Part shown: piece by piece, positions 38,169 to 48,031 of the stretch | Layout of the letters: every line of letters begins with the position of its first letter | Position numbering within the stretch: the first letter of the stretch is position 1 | Assembly (NCBI GenBank): GCA_031414535.1 | Contig: JANNVQ010000014.1 | Location: forward strand, 128,001-192,000 | DNA: 64,000 bases | Direction of reading: 5' to 3' | DNA from: Gemmatimonas sp. | GTDB taxonomy: Bacteria; Gemmatimonadota; Gemmatimonadetes; Gemmatimonadales; Gemmatimonadaceae | The notes under the pieces: model-generated | The model's input: the letters and a program-made list of their open reading frames with translations, nothing else | Databases searched by the model: none | Told to the model about the DNA's origin: nothing | Position numbers and translations under genes: made by a program

Positions 38169-39197
38169 CTAGGCACCGATTCGCCGAAGGGCCTCGACCT
38201 CGGCGAGCCAGTCCGCCGGAACCTTGCCGAGGACGGCCGACACGCCATTCAGCAGGGCTCGGCGCGTGGCCTCCGGGGCGGCGCCCTCGGCGTCCCAAAT
38301 GATGGGCGCGCCGAAGACGCTGCGAAGCGCGAAGGCAGGCTCAGCGTCCTCGGCGTTCCGCGCAGGAAAGCCGCCGCAGAGCACTGCGCTCGTCGGACGT
38401 CCCGGACCTAGAGCGTCGAGGTAGGCCTCAATAGCGGGCCCGAGCGCCAATCCGCGTAGGTCGAGGCTCGCTTCCCGGCCCTCGGAGCCGGCGGGTGCTT
38501 CGCTCCAGGCGGCAAGGCGCGCCCGCTGGAGGTCCTGCGCGGAATCAATGTCCACGGACGCCGCTGCATCCATCGAGACGCCCAGAGTAGTGCCAGCCAC
38601 GAGGAACGCGCGATGGCGCTCGAGCTCGTCGAGGCGCGTGACGTACACGGCCCCGTTCGGCCACAAGGCCACGGGATTGTCCTGGCGCCGCGTGCTGATG
38701 GGTGCAGCGCCGAGCGCGAAGGAGAGCGGCTGGGAGTCGCCGCCGTACATCGCGAGAGCAATCGGGTGACTGGCTTCGATGACCGTGACTGCCGATGGCG
38801 CGCCTGCGGCCTGCGCCGCATTCCAGCACGCGCTAACATGTTCGGCGCGGCGCATGGGCGAGGTGGGCTGGAGCAGGATCAGCCACTGGGCCTCGCGTTC
38901 GAGCCGGTTCCAGGCGTGGAGCACGTTGTCCACGGTCTGCGTGGTGTCGGCGGCGAGTTCGCTGGGACGGAGGAATGGCAGCTCGCCTCCCCAGCGCCGT
39001 CCTTCCGCCCCAATCTGCTCACCGTCGGTGTCCACCAAGATCCGTGCGCGATCTTCAAGACCACTCGTACGCAGGAAGGCGCGTGCGGCGAGTACTGCGC
39101 GCCCCACCAGACTCACACCGGCGACGCTTGCGAGGTTCTTTCCCGGCAGGCCTTTGGAGTTGGCGCGGGCGGGAATCAGCAGCAGCAAGTCACGCAT
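38169..39197 (-). CDS. neuA: CMP-nonulosonic acid synthetase with C-terminal extension
   Basis: 'IPARANSKGLPGKN', 'FLRP.ELA.D', 'LQPTSPMR', 'NGAVY', 'DID...D'. Confidence 0.9.
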   Translation of the reverse strand: MRDLLLLIPARANSKGLPGKNLASVAGVSLVGRAVLAARAFLRTSGLEDRARILVDTDGEQIGAEGRRWGGELPFLRPSELAADTTQTVDNVLHAWNRLEREAQWLILLQPTSPMRRAEHVSACWNAAQAAGAPSAVTVIEASHPIALAMYGGDSQPLSFALGAAPISTRRQDNPVALWPNGAVYVTRLDELERHRAFLVAGTTLGVSMDAAASVDIDSAQDLQRARLAAWSEAPAGSEGREASLDLRGLALGPAIEAYLDALGPGRPTSAVLCGGFPARNAEDAEPAFALRSVFGAPIIWDAEGAAPEATRRALLNGVSAVLGKVPADWLAEVEALRRIGA

Positions 39198-40953
39198 GGC
39201 GGGTGGATTCGGAGAGGAGACGTTGAATCTCGGCGACGGCGCGCGCACTGCACTCGCCGTCGAGAGGACCGAGGAAGTCCGGATCATTGGGTGGAGGCAG
39301 TGGCTGCTTGGCAGCCGAGGCGGCGAGCGTCTTCAGGTGGCGCTCCAGCGAGGCATCGTCGGTCGCGCGCAGGCCTCGGAGGTTCACGAACGAATCGGGA
39401 ATGGGCTGCCCCGTGAAGTCCACGAGGAGCAACTGTCGCCCGAGGATGTCGGCCTCGAAGGCCACGCTCGAGGTCTGCACCATCACGATGTCGCTCAGCT
39501 GGATGAGTGTGTCAATGAGTACATCGGCGGCGAGCACCATGCGAGTGCGAGGCGTGGCCGCCGCGAGCTGGTGGTGTACCGTCTGATCCTCGGACGGATG
39601 GGGGCGCAGCACTAGGAACAACTGCGGTATGCGCAACACGGACTCCACCACGCGACGGACAAAAGCAGCATCCTGCCCGTACTGGGTGGCAAAGAGCAGA
39701 ATCGGGCGATCACTGGGGAGCGCCAGCGCCTCGCGCTTGACTCCCACATCCGGTGACTGCTCGCCGCGGCGCATGGCATCGTACCGCGGCTGGCCGACGA
39801 TGACGGTCCGATCCTCGGCGAAGCCGTCCGCTTCGAGGAGGCGTTTCAGGTGGCGTCCATTCGTGCCGATGCGGTCCGCCGTCAGCCAGCGCCACTGCGG
39901 CATGTCGGCGGCGATGCCGTCCTGCAGGCAGAAGGTCGGAATGCCCTTCGCGCGCGCCGCGAGCACCCACGCGGAACCAACCCACCAGCGATCATTCCCC
40001 ACCACCACCTCCCGAGGCGGCGCCTTAGCTATGCGCTTGGCGACGGCCTCGAAGTGCGCTTCTTGCCTCGGCAGGTGCAACTCAATGGCGCTGATTGACG
40101 CGCGCAGCACCGTTCCGGCGCCGCCGGCGGGCAACTTCGGCGTCGCAGCGGACCACAGGGCGTCACGTAGCGCGGCCGCTGACTGTGAACTCTCATGTGC
40201 AAGGGGCTCGCAGAGCGCGAGGGGAGAGATGGAGGACGCCGCGTGGTGGAGGTGTTCAACGTCCGAAAGGCCTGCGCGGCGAGCAGCGCCGTGCACGGCC
40301 TCCATCATCAGGTCCATCGGACGCGTCCACGAAATGAGAAGCGTGCGCCCCGCCGTGGACGGAGTCGGCGAATCCAACGCCGGCGCCGATGCCGTGGGCA
40401 TCGCGGGCCGCGAAATCATGCGTGCAGCGAGCGAAAGCAGGCGCGAAGCGCGCAACGATAGGCCATATTCCGCCGCATCCGTGACGAGCGCGTGCGCGAG
40501 AGCGCTGTCCAGTGTGAACAATCGAACTGCCTTGATGCCCACCGAAGCGACGTGGCGGCACAGGGCTGACATCAGCTCAAAGCGGCGGAGGTCTTCCTGC
40601 AGGTCCAAGGCGTTGAACAGCAAGAGGCGATCGCCGAGTTCGAGCGAGGCGGGCGCATCGAGGGACATGAGTCCGCGAGACAGGGCCAGAGTGCGTGCGT
40701 CGGCGTCGCGCCTCGCGGCGTCCGGCAGCGCATTGAAGAGCGAACGGCGCGGCACCCGCGGCAAAACCTGAGCCAAGTCGAGGGCACCGCCGCCGGGCGA
40801 GTAGATAACAAGTTCGCTGGGAGCGGCGCGAAAGCCGGCCCCCAGCCGGAGAGCCTCGCGCAAGAACGCGCGCCCGCGTTCAGATCCGCGCCAGTCAATC
40901 AGCCAGAGGGACCCGTTTGCGTCAGTCGCCAATCCCCCGCGCGCGTCGTTCAT
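39190..40953 (-). CDS. GT-B fold capsule-biosynthesis protein, putative nonulosonate (sialyl) transferase
   Basis: 'LQDG', 'GQPRYD', 'LFATQ', 'LRPHPSE', 'SSVAFEA', 'DG..SAR' motifs; first gene of the neuA-neuB-neuC run. Confidence 0.55.
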   Translation of the reverse strand: MNDARGGLATDANGSLWLIDWRGSERGRAFLREALRLGAGFRAAPSELVIYSPGGGALDLAQVLPRVPRRSLFNALPDAARRDADARTLALSRGLMSLDAPASLELGDRLLLFNALDLQEDLRRFELMSALCRHVASVGIKAVRLFTLDSALAHALVTDAAEYGLSLRASRLLSLAARMISRPAMPTASAPALDSPTPSTAGRTLLISWTRPMDLMMEAVHGAARRAGLSDVEHLHHAASSISPLALCEPLAHESSQSAAALRDALWSAATPKLPAGGAGTVLRASISAIELHLPRQEAHFEAVAKRIAKAPPREVVVGNDRWWVGSAWVLAARAKGIPTFCLQDGIAADMPQWRWLTADRIGTNGRHLKRLLEADGFAEDRTVIVGQPRYDAMRRGEQSPDVGVKREALALPSDRPILLFATQYGQDAAFVRRVVESVLRIPQLFLVLRPHPSEDQTVHHQLAAATPRTRMVLAADVLIDTLIQLSDIVMVQTSSVAFEADILGRQLLLVDFTGQPIPDSFVNLRGLRATDDASLERHLKTLAASAAKQPLPPPNDPDFLGPLDGECSARAVAEIQRLLSESTRHA

Positions 40954-41000
40954 ACGTCGCGGAGGATAGATGATCCCACGACACTCCGCCAGCCCAAGCG

Positions 41001-42458
41001 ATGAGCGCGCGCAAAGGATTCGCACGGCACACCATTATCTACGGCGCCGGCATCGTCATCAGCCGCCTCGTCTCGTTCGTGATGTTGCCCGTTTATACCC
41101 GCTATCTGACGCCGGCGGACTACGGAGTGATGGCGCTGTTGGATATGACGCTCGACATCGTGGCTATCGTGGCGGGTGCCAAGATTGCCGGCGGCGTCTT
41201 CCGTTTCTATTACAAGGCGACTGATGACGAGTCGCGCAAGCGCGTAGTCTCCACGGCGATGCTGCTGCTCGGAGCATCTTTCGCCCTGCTCGCCCTCATC
41301 ACGGGCCTGCTAGCCGAACCGGTCGCGCGGCTCGCCTTCGGCACCGCCGAACACGCGACGCTCGTGCGCGTTGGTGCCGCCAGCTTGGGCCTCCAGGGCT
41401 TCGTGATCGTCCCGCTGGCACTGGTACAGCTTCAGCAGCGCTCCGTGGCGTACACTGCCATCACGACGTTCAAGATGTTCATGCAGCTCGGCCTCTCAGT
41501 CTTGTTCCTCGTGCACTTCGAGATGGGCGTGCTGGGCATTCTCACGAGCACGCTCGTGGCCAACGCGGTGGTGGCGACAGGTTTGGTGATCTATTCCATC
41601 CGCCAAGTCGGGCTCAAGTTCTCACCCCCACTCGCCACGGCGCTTGTGGCCTTTGGATTGCCGCTGGTGGGCACACAGGTCGCCACCTTCACCTCGACCT
41701 TCGCCGACCGCTACTTCATCAACGCCTTCGTGGATAGTGCGGCAGTCGGGCTCTATAGCTTGGGATACCAATTTGGATTCCTGCTTGTGGCCGTGGGCTA
41801 TTCTCCCTTCGCCATGTTCTGGGAACCGGAGCGCTTTCGCGCGGCCGAGCAGCCAGACCGGGATGCGCGATTCCAACGCGCACTGCTCTTCGCGAGCCTC
41901 CTGCTCGCGACAGTCGCAGTGGGCATCGGGATTTGGGTGGAGGACGTACTCCGAATCATGGCCACCCCCGCGTACCGGCCGGCCGCACGCATCGTACCGC
42001 TACTGCTCGTGGCATACTCGCTCCAAGGGTGGAGTGCGTTCATGGAAGCCGGCATCCTTATCCGGGAACGTACGGGAATCATCGCAGCAGCCAATTGGAC
42101 CGCCGCGCTCTCCAGCCTCGCCGCAAATGCCGTTCTCGTGCCGCGCTTTGGCATGTTGGGCGCCGCTTCGGCCACCGTCATCGCGTTTGGTCTCCGCACG
42201 ATGCTCATTCACTACTGGGCACAACGTCTGTACTTCGTCCCTTTCGATTGGCGACCCACGCGGATGCTCGCGCTGCTGGCGGCTACAACGGTCACGGCGT
42301 CGTACCAGCTACCCGAACTCCAGTTGATGTACTCCGTCCCCATTCGCCTCGCACTGCTCGGCGCCTTTGCACTCGCGGTATGGCAGCTGAAAATCTTGCC
42401 GGAGGCTGAGGTACGGACTCGCCTGCTCGGTCTGCGGGCGCGATTTATTGGGCCGTAA
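41001..42458 (+). CDS. wzx: Oligosaccharide flippase
   Basis: Many TM helices; 'LPVYTRYLTPADYG', 'DRYFI', 'VGLYSLG', 'VPRFG.LGAA.AT'. Confidence 0.88.
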   Translation: MSARKGFARHTIIYGAGIVISRLVSFVMLPVYTRYLTPADYGVMALLDMTLDIVAIVAGAKIAGGVFRFYYKATDDESRKRVVSTAMLLLGASFALLALITGLLAEPVARLAFGTAEHATLVRVGAASLGLQGFVIVPLALVQLQQRSVAYTAITTFKMFMQLGLSVLFLVHFEMGVLGILTSTLVANAVVATGLVIYSIRQVGLKFSPPLATALVAFGLPLVGTQVATFTSTFADRYFINAFVDSAAVGLYSLGYQFGFLLVAVGYSPFAMFWEPERFRAAEQPDRDARFQRALLFASLLLATVAVGIGIWVEDVLRIMATPAYRPAARIVPLLLVAYSLQGWSAFMEAGILIRERTGIIAAANWTAALSSLAANAVLVPRFGMLGAASATVIAFGLRTMLIHYWAQRLYFVPFDWRPTRMLALLAATTVTASYQLPELQLMYSVPIRLALLGAFALAVWQLKILPEAEVRTRLLGLRARFIGP

Positions 42459-42460
42459 CT

Positions 42461-43573
42461 CTAGGGATTCGCGAGGTAGAGGCGTTCGTACTCGCGGGCC
42501 ATCCGCTCGGCGCTGTAGCGCTCATCAAAGCGGCGGCGCGCGCTGGCGCTGAAGCGCGCGCGCCGAGCGGCATCGCCGAGGACCGTCGCGAGTCCCGCCT
42601 CGAGCGCGGGCACATCCTTCGGTGGCACCAACCAAGCCGACTCATCGTGCTCCAGCGCGTCTGGCACGCCGCCCACCGCCGTCGCCACGACTGGACACCC
42701 GACCGCCATCGCCTCAAGAATCACCATCGGCAAACCCTCCCACAGCGACGGCAGCACGAAGACGTCGAAGGCCTGCAGGAGCTCCGCGACATCTCGGCGC
42801 ACGCCGAGGAAGCGCACCGTGCCATCGAGGCCCAACGCGCTTGAGCGCGCGCGCAGCTCAGCGTCCAACTCACCATCGCCGGCGATGAGCACCTGCAGCC
42901 CCGGAAAGCGTGCGGCCAATCCCACCGACGCCTCAAGCAAGTAGGAAATGCCCTTTTGCTCGGCGAGCCGCGAGGCGAAGCCAATCACGGGCGCGTCGGA
43001 CGCGATCCCAAGTGCGGCGCGCACGGCCGCGCGCTGGCCGCGCGCCGCGTACTTTCCGCCCTCGATGCCGTTGATGATGGTGCGCAGCTTGCGTTCGGGG
43101 ATCTTCTCATAGCGCCGCAGGTTCTCCGTCGTGTGCTCCGACACGCCAACCATAGCGCGCGCAAAGTACGACAGGACGTGCTCCGAGAGCATGTGGCGGA
43201 ACATGTCGGGGAAGGGACGCGCGTGATCGGTGTGGATCACCACGGGCGTTCCCGCCATCAGTGCGCCAATCGTTCCGTTGACAAACGGTTCGGTGTTGTG
43301 CGTGTGAATGACATCAATCTTTTGCGCGCGCAGTACGCGGGCCACGCGACGAAACGCGAAGTAGTCCGGACGTCCCTCGGGCCGCTCAAGCTCAATGACG
43401 CTGAAGCCGTCGGCCTCAAGCGAGTCGGCGAGCGGCCCCTTGCCCCGCAAGCAGAGCACTGAGACCTCAAAGCGCGTCGGATCAATCGTGCGGCACAGCG
43501 TTTCCACCACCCGCGGCAGTCCACCGACCCCGAGGTCGTGCGTTACCTGCATCACCTTCAATCGGGGCGTCAC
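42461..43573 (-). CDS. Glycosyltransferase family 4
   Basis: 'GVGG', 'HTH', 'NGI', 'RL.EQKG', 'PSLWEGLPMVILEAMA'; GTG start overlaps the upstream stop. Confidence 0.92.
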   Translation of the reverse strand: MTPRLKVMQVTHDLGVGGLPRVVETLCRTIDPTRFEVSVLCLRGKGPLADSLEADGFSVIELERPEGRPDYFAFRRVARVLRAQKIDVIHTHNTEPFVNGTIGALMAGTPVVIHTDHARPFPDMFRHMLSEHVLSYFARAMVGVSEHTTENLRRYEKIPERKLRTIINGIEGGKYAARGQRAAVRAALGIASDAPVIGFASRLAEQKGISYLLEASVGLAARFPGLQVLIAGDGELDAELRARSSALGLDGTVRFLGVRRDVAELLQAFDVFVLPSLWEGLPMVILEAMAVGCPVVATAVGGVPDALEHDESAWLVPPKDVPALEAGLATVLGDAARRARFSASARRRFDERYSAERMAREYERLYLANP

Positions 43574-44676
43574 GGAGCCTTGGGTAGCCACGCCGCAATC
43601 GCGCTCGCGAAGTCCTCGGCCATCTGGAGATTGCCGGGCGAGGTCAGGTGGCAATCGTCGAAGAACAGATTGTCCGACAAACTATGCGGCACATGCCCTG
43701 CTCGCCCACCAGCCAAGCGCATGGAATCAGCAACACCACGCAGTCGCGCTGCGAGAGTATCGCGCACCTGCTGCGTGGTTTCGGCGTCGACCACCCAGTA
43801 ACTGATGCTTGAGACATCAGCCGGCTTGTACTTCGTGCGCAGCGACGACGGCGGCGTCGAGAGCAGGAGTACCGCGCCAGCGCTGTCGGCAATCGCGGCT
43901 ATGCGATGCAGGTTTCGTGTGAAGATTTCGATGCCCTCGGGATGCACCTTCTCCGTTGGGCGCGCCACTTGAATCTGACGGTTCGTCGTCGCATCGCGCA
44001 GCACGCCTGGCAAACGGGCAACCATGAGCATGTGCTTGGTCCGCGACCACAGCGACGGACCGCCAGCTGCGTCCTCGGCGCGCAGCCGACGGAGGACGGA
44101 CTCCCAGATTAGCATCCGCTCGTCAGGGTCCTGAAGGTTTGGTATGCGCACATTGCGCACATCGTTGATGCCCGTATTGACGATGACGATATCGGGCCGA
44201 TACTTCACGCCCTCAGCGCGCAGGCGCTCGACGATGGCATTGGAGTCAAAGCCATCGAGCGCCAGGTTGAGCACCTCGAAGCGCATGCCCGGATGACGGC
44301 TGGCCAGTACCTCGCGCAGGTGTGCATCAATGGTTGCGCTGTCTTCGACGCCCCAGCCGTGTGTGGTGGAGCCGCCAAGCAGGATGATGCGCACCGCGCC
44401 GGCAGGCTTCGCGAGACTGACTTCCGGTCCGCGGTAGCCCAATGAGTTCGCGCTCGCGGTTGCGCCGTTGCGATAGGTGAGACTGGTACCGGGACGTTGG
44501 CGGTATCCGAGGCGTCCGATTGGCACGATCTGCACCGCGAGCGGGTCGTAACTGCGCAACGTTCTCGCGAGCGCTGGGTTGGACGCCGAGGCCACGCGCA
44601 GCGCGGCTTCCGTCAGGCCAAGCAAGAGCGCGCCGACGACGCCGAGCGCGAGCAGTACCACTTGAAGCCGCCTCAC
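43570..44676 (-). CDS. SGNH/GDSL hydrolase family protein, membrane-anchored
   Basis: 'NSLGYRG', 'LGGSTTHG', 'GIND', 'DDCHL...GN'. Confidence 0.85.
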   Translation of the reverse strand: MRRLQVVLLALGVVGALLLGLTEAALRVASASNPALARTLRSYDPLAVQIVPIGRLGYRQRPGTSLTYRNGATASANSLGYRGPEVSLAKPAGAVRIILLGGSTTHGWGVEDSATIDAHLREVLASRHPGMRFEVLNLALDGFDSNAIVERLRAEGVKYRPDIVIVNTGINDVRNVRIPNLQDPDERMLIWESVLRRLRAEDAAGGPSLWSRTKHMLMVARLPGVLRDATTNRQIQVARPTEKVHPEGIEIFTRNLHRIAAIADSAGAVLLLSTPPSSLRTKYKPADVSSISYWVVDAETTQQVRDTLAARLRGVADSMRLAGGRAGHVPHSLSDNLFFDDCHLTSPGNLQMAEDFASAIAAWLPKAP

Positions 44677-45995
44677 GTCGTCGCCGCCTCACGCGCGGCT
44701 TGCAGCTCGGCGCGACGTGCTCGGTCGAGCGAGTGGTACAGAAGCATATTCAATCCGATCAAGTTGAAGAAAGTCGAGTAGTACAACTGGTCGTAGAAGA
44801 ATGCGCAGCCCAGGAAGCCCACCATGGCGCACTCCATGCCGATAAGGACTGAGCGCAGGTCCCAGTCGGGTCCGGCGCGCGCTTCCCAGATGCGCTGGTA
44901 GCTACGCCTGCGAAGCTTCCAGTTCTTGGCCACGAAATCAAAAATCATCCACAGATAGACGGCAGCGCCCACCGTGCCGAGCTCCGCGAGAATCTGCACA
45001 TACACGTTGTGCGGGACGCGATTGTAGATGCGCCCGGCCTCGATGTATGGTCCGCCGAGTTCTCCGTCTTCAAAGAAAGAGGCGCCAGTGGCACCGAAGT
45101 TCGCGGGACCTACGCCCAGCACCGGGTGCGCCGCGTACAGTTGGAGGGCCGCCGACCACAGATACATGCGATCGGAGCCTGTCTCATCCTCGGTACCATC
45201 CTTGATGGTGGCCATCTCCGCCCAGAATTCGCCCTTGGGAAACAGGACCTTGGTCGCGCCGAGCATGAAGATTGCGATGACCACAGCGAAGCCCATTGAT
45301 CGGATTTTGTGGGACGAGCGCAACCACATCACCACAAGCACCAGTGCCGCCGAGAGTACCGCACCTCGCGCAAAGGACGCCACCACACCGATGACGCAGA
45401 GCATAGCCGCGATTCCGGCAATCCATCGATAGCGCGGACGGCTCTGCCCAACAGCCACGATTCCGGCAAAGCCAATTCCCATCACCGCCACAGGACCGTA
45501 GCCGTCTTCGTTGCCATACACGCTGTGCCACAGCACACGACCATCCGGTAGCCCATGTATGCTCCACCAAGCCCAAGAGCATAGGTAGAGCAGGAGCAGC
45601 GTTGGCATCTGCTCGGGCCTGCGGAACACGGCGGCGGAGGCGGCCAGCAGCCCCCAGGTGAAGATCACGAACCGCAAGGCCCACTGTACGTAGCCCATGT
45701 TCTCCGAGCCCGGCCCCGACAGCAAGTGCACAATCAGGAAGGCGAACACCGGCGGCACAATGGTGCGCAGGTTCAGCCGGTACAGCGCAAACGCCACCGC
45801 GAACGGGAAAATGAGCGTCGGGATACGCCTGAGGGGGCCAAGGCCGAAGCTGGCCAGAAACCACTCGGGCTCATACAGTTGAAGCACCCACATAAAAACC
45901 AGCACAGAGGAGACGCTGAGGCGCATGCTCGGCAGACCCGACGCGCTCGCGCGGCCTGGCTGCGCGAGCGAGACGTCGGCGGCAGTGCTGTCCAT
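44673..45995 (-). CDS. O-antigen ligase / Wzy polymerase family protein
   Basis: Multi-TM; 'ARG', 'R.YLW', 'GVGPANF', 'HNVYVQILAELG.VG'. Confidence 0.85.
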   Translation of the reverse strand: MDSTAADVSLAQPGRASASGLPSMRLSVSSVLVFMWVLQLYEPEWFLASFGLGPLRRIPTLIFPFAVAFALYRLNLRTIVPPVFAFLIVHLLSGPGSENMGYVQWALRFVIFTWGLLAASAAVFRRPEQMPTLLLLYLCSWAWWSIHGLPDGRVLWHSVYGNEDGYGPVAVMGIGFAGIVAVGQSRPRYRWIAGIAAMLCVIGVVASFARGAVLSAALVLVVMWLRSSHKIRSMGFAVVIAIFMLGATKVLFPKGEFWAEMATIKDGTEDETGSDRMYLWSAALQLYAAHPVLGVGPANFGATGASFFEDGELGGPYIEAGRIYNRVPHNVYVQILAELGTVGAAVYLWMIFDFVAKNWKLRRRSYQRIWEARAGPDWDLRSVLIGMECAMVGFLGCAFFYDQLYYSTFFNLIGLNMLLYHSLDRARRAELQAAREAATT

Positions 45996-46081
45996 CTGAG
46001 TATCTTATCGCGCTGGCGAAGAGCCGTCACCAGCCTTCTGTGCTTTTTACCCGCTCCTGCAGCCGAGACTGACCAACAGCA

Positions 46082-48031
46082 ATGTGCGGATTCGCCGGAC
46101 TATTTGTGCGTGGTGGCGCGGCGCCCGGTGCCCTCGAGGCTGACGCTCGGGCGCTGATTGGGCCCATCGTACACCGCGGACCTGACGACAGCGGAGTCTG
46201 GGAAAACGCCGATGCCGGCGTCGGTTTTGGATTTCGTCGCTTGGCGATTCTCGACCTCTCGCCGCTCGGCCACCAGCCCATGCATTCGAGGTCAGGGCGG
46301 TACACCATCACCTTCAACGGTGAGGTCTACAACCACCGCGACCTGCGGCGCGAGCTCGAGGCGACGGGGCATCCCTTCCGCGGCCATTCGGACACCGAAG
46401 TGATGCTCGCGGCCTGCGAGGCTTGGGGGTCGCGCGAGGCCATCTCGCGCTTTGCGGGCATGTTCGCCTTCGCCCTCTGGGACAACGCCGAGCGTCGGCT
46501 TACGCTGGCCCGCGACCGGCTGGGCAAAAAGCCGCTGTTCATTTTCCATCACGGCGGCGTGCTCCTGTTCGGCTCTGAACTCAAAGCCTTGGCCGAGCAT
46601 CCGCGCTTTCTGCGCGTGGTTGACCCAGACGCTGTCGCCTCGTACCTGCGCTACGGCTACGTTCCTGCGCCTGGCGCCATCTACCGTCACGTGCAGAAGC
46701 TGCGTCCGGGACATTTCCTTGAGGTTACGGACCCTGCTCAGCCCCTGCCGGAGAGCAAGGCCTACTGGGATGTGGTCGCGGTGGCGGACGCGGCGCGCAG
46801 GCGCCCTCTGACCGACGAGCGCAGAGGACTTGACGATCTCTCGGCGCTGCTCGACGACGCCGTAAAGCGCCGCCTAGAATCGGACGTACCGCTCGGCGCC
46901 CTATTGTCGGGCGGCATCGACTCCTCGCTGATTGTGTCCCGAATGCAGGCCGTGTCTGGGCAGCGCGTGCGCACGTTCACCATTGGGTTTGACGAGCCGG
47001 AGTGGGATGAGTCTTCGCACGCGGCCGATGTGGCGGCGCACATCGGGACGGACCACACGATGCTTCGCCTCAGTGGAAGCGACGCTCTCGCGGTGGTGCC
47101 AGACCTGCCGATGCTGTTCGACGAACCGCTGGCCAATCCTTCGCATATCCCCACACTGCTCGTTTGCCGGCTCGCTCGGCGCGACGTGACCGTCGCGCTC
47201 TGCGGCGACGGCGGAGACGAGCTGTTTGGCGGATACAATCGCTACGTGGCGGGCCCAACATCCATCGCCCAGGCGCTGCGCGTGCCGCCGGTGCTACGCG
47301 GATTGGGCAGTCGCGTGCTGCTCGGCGTCTCGGCGCCCACGTGGGATGCGGTGGCGCGCGCCTTGGTGCCGAGTCGCTGGCGGCCTCGGCTCGCCGGGGA
47401 GAAAGCGCAGAAGCTCGGCCGCATGCTGGCCGCTGGCAACGTGTCCGATGCCTACCGCTGGCTTGTGTCGGCGGCGGGCGATCCGGCCGAGCTCATGACC
47501 GCAGGGCGAGAGCCGCAGCGTCGCGACAGTGAAATACTGGCCGATGCGTCACGCGGCACGATGGCCGAGCGCATGATGCTCGCGGACCAGATGTTTTACT
47601 TGCCGGACGACCTGCTGGCCAAGGTGGACCGCACCAGCATGGCCGTGAGCCTCGAGGTGCGCGCTCCGCTGCTCGATGCTCGGCTTGTAGAGTTTGCCTG
47701 GCAGATGCCGCTCGACATGAAAATCCGCAGCGGCATCACCAAGTGGGCGCTGCGCGAGTTGCTTGCGCGCGACGTGCCCCGCGCGATGTTTGAGCGCCCC
47801 AAGATGGGATTCAGCGTTCCCATCCGAGCCTGGCTCACCGGCCCGCTTCGTCCGTGGGCGGAGGATCTTCTCTCGGATGCCTCGCTGCGCGAGGTGCCGT
47901 TGTTGTCGGCCCCTGCCGTGCAGCGCGAGTGGCAGGCGCTGGTGGCGGGCCGTGCTGGCAGCGGCTACGGGATGTGGACCTTGCTGCAGCTCATCGCTTG
48001 GTGGCGGGTCTGGAAGCCGACCGTGGGCTGA
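46082..48031 (+). CDS. asnB: Asparagine synthase (glutamine-hydrolysing) family amidotransferase
   Basis: 'MCGF.G', 'HRGPD', 'NGEVYN', 'RDRLGKKPL', 'LSGGIDSS', 'GDGGDELFGGY', 'KVDR.SMA.SLEVR.P'. Confidence 0.95.
   Translation: MCGFAGLFVRGGAAPGALEADARALIGPIVHRGPDDSGVWENADAGVGFGFRRLAILDLSPLGHQPMHSRSGRYTITFNGEVYNHRDLRRELEATGHPFRGHSDTEVMLAACEAWGSREAISRFAGMFAFALWDNAERRLTLARDRLGKKPLFIFHHGGVLLFGSELKALAEHPRFLRVVDPDAVASYLRYGYVPAPGAIYRHVQKLRPGHFLEVTDPAQPLPESKAYWDVVAVADAARRRPLTDERRGLDDLSALLDDAVKRRLESDVPLGALLSGGIDSSLIVSRMQAVSGQRVRTFTIGFDEPEWDESSHAADVAAHIGTDHTMLRLSGSDALAVVPDLPMLFDEPLANPSHIPTLLVCRLARRDVTVALCGDGGDELFGGYNRYVAGPTSIAQALRVPPVLRGLGSRVLLGVSAPTWDAVARALVPSRWRPRLAGEKAQKLGRMLAAGNVSDAYRWLVSAAGDPAELMTAGREPQRRDSEILADASRGTMAERMMLADQMFYLPDDLLAKVDRTSMAVSLEVRAPLLDARLVEFAWQMPLDMKIRSGITKWALRELLARDVPRAMFERPKMGFSVPIRAWLTGPLRPWAEDLLSDASLREVPLLSAPAVQREWQALVAGRAGSGYGMWTLLQLIAWWRVWKPTVG

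Noticed and set aside
37069..38298. Extended N-termini from the ORF track (neuB 38298, rlp 11171, hydrolase 10021, iorA 11473, ATP-grasp 51690 and others)
   Set aside because: The extensions overlap neighbouring genes; downstream starts coincide with family N-termini and stop/start overlaps.
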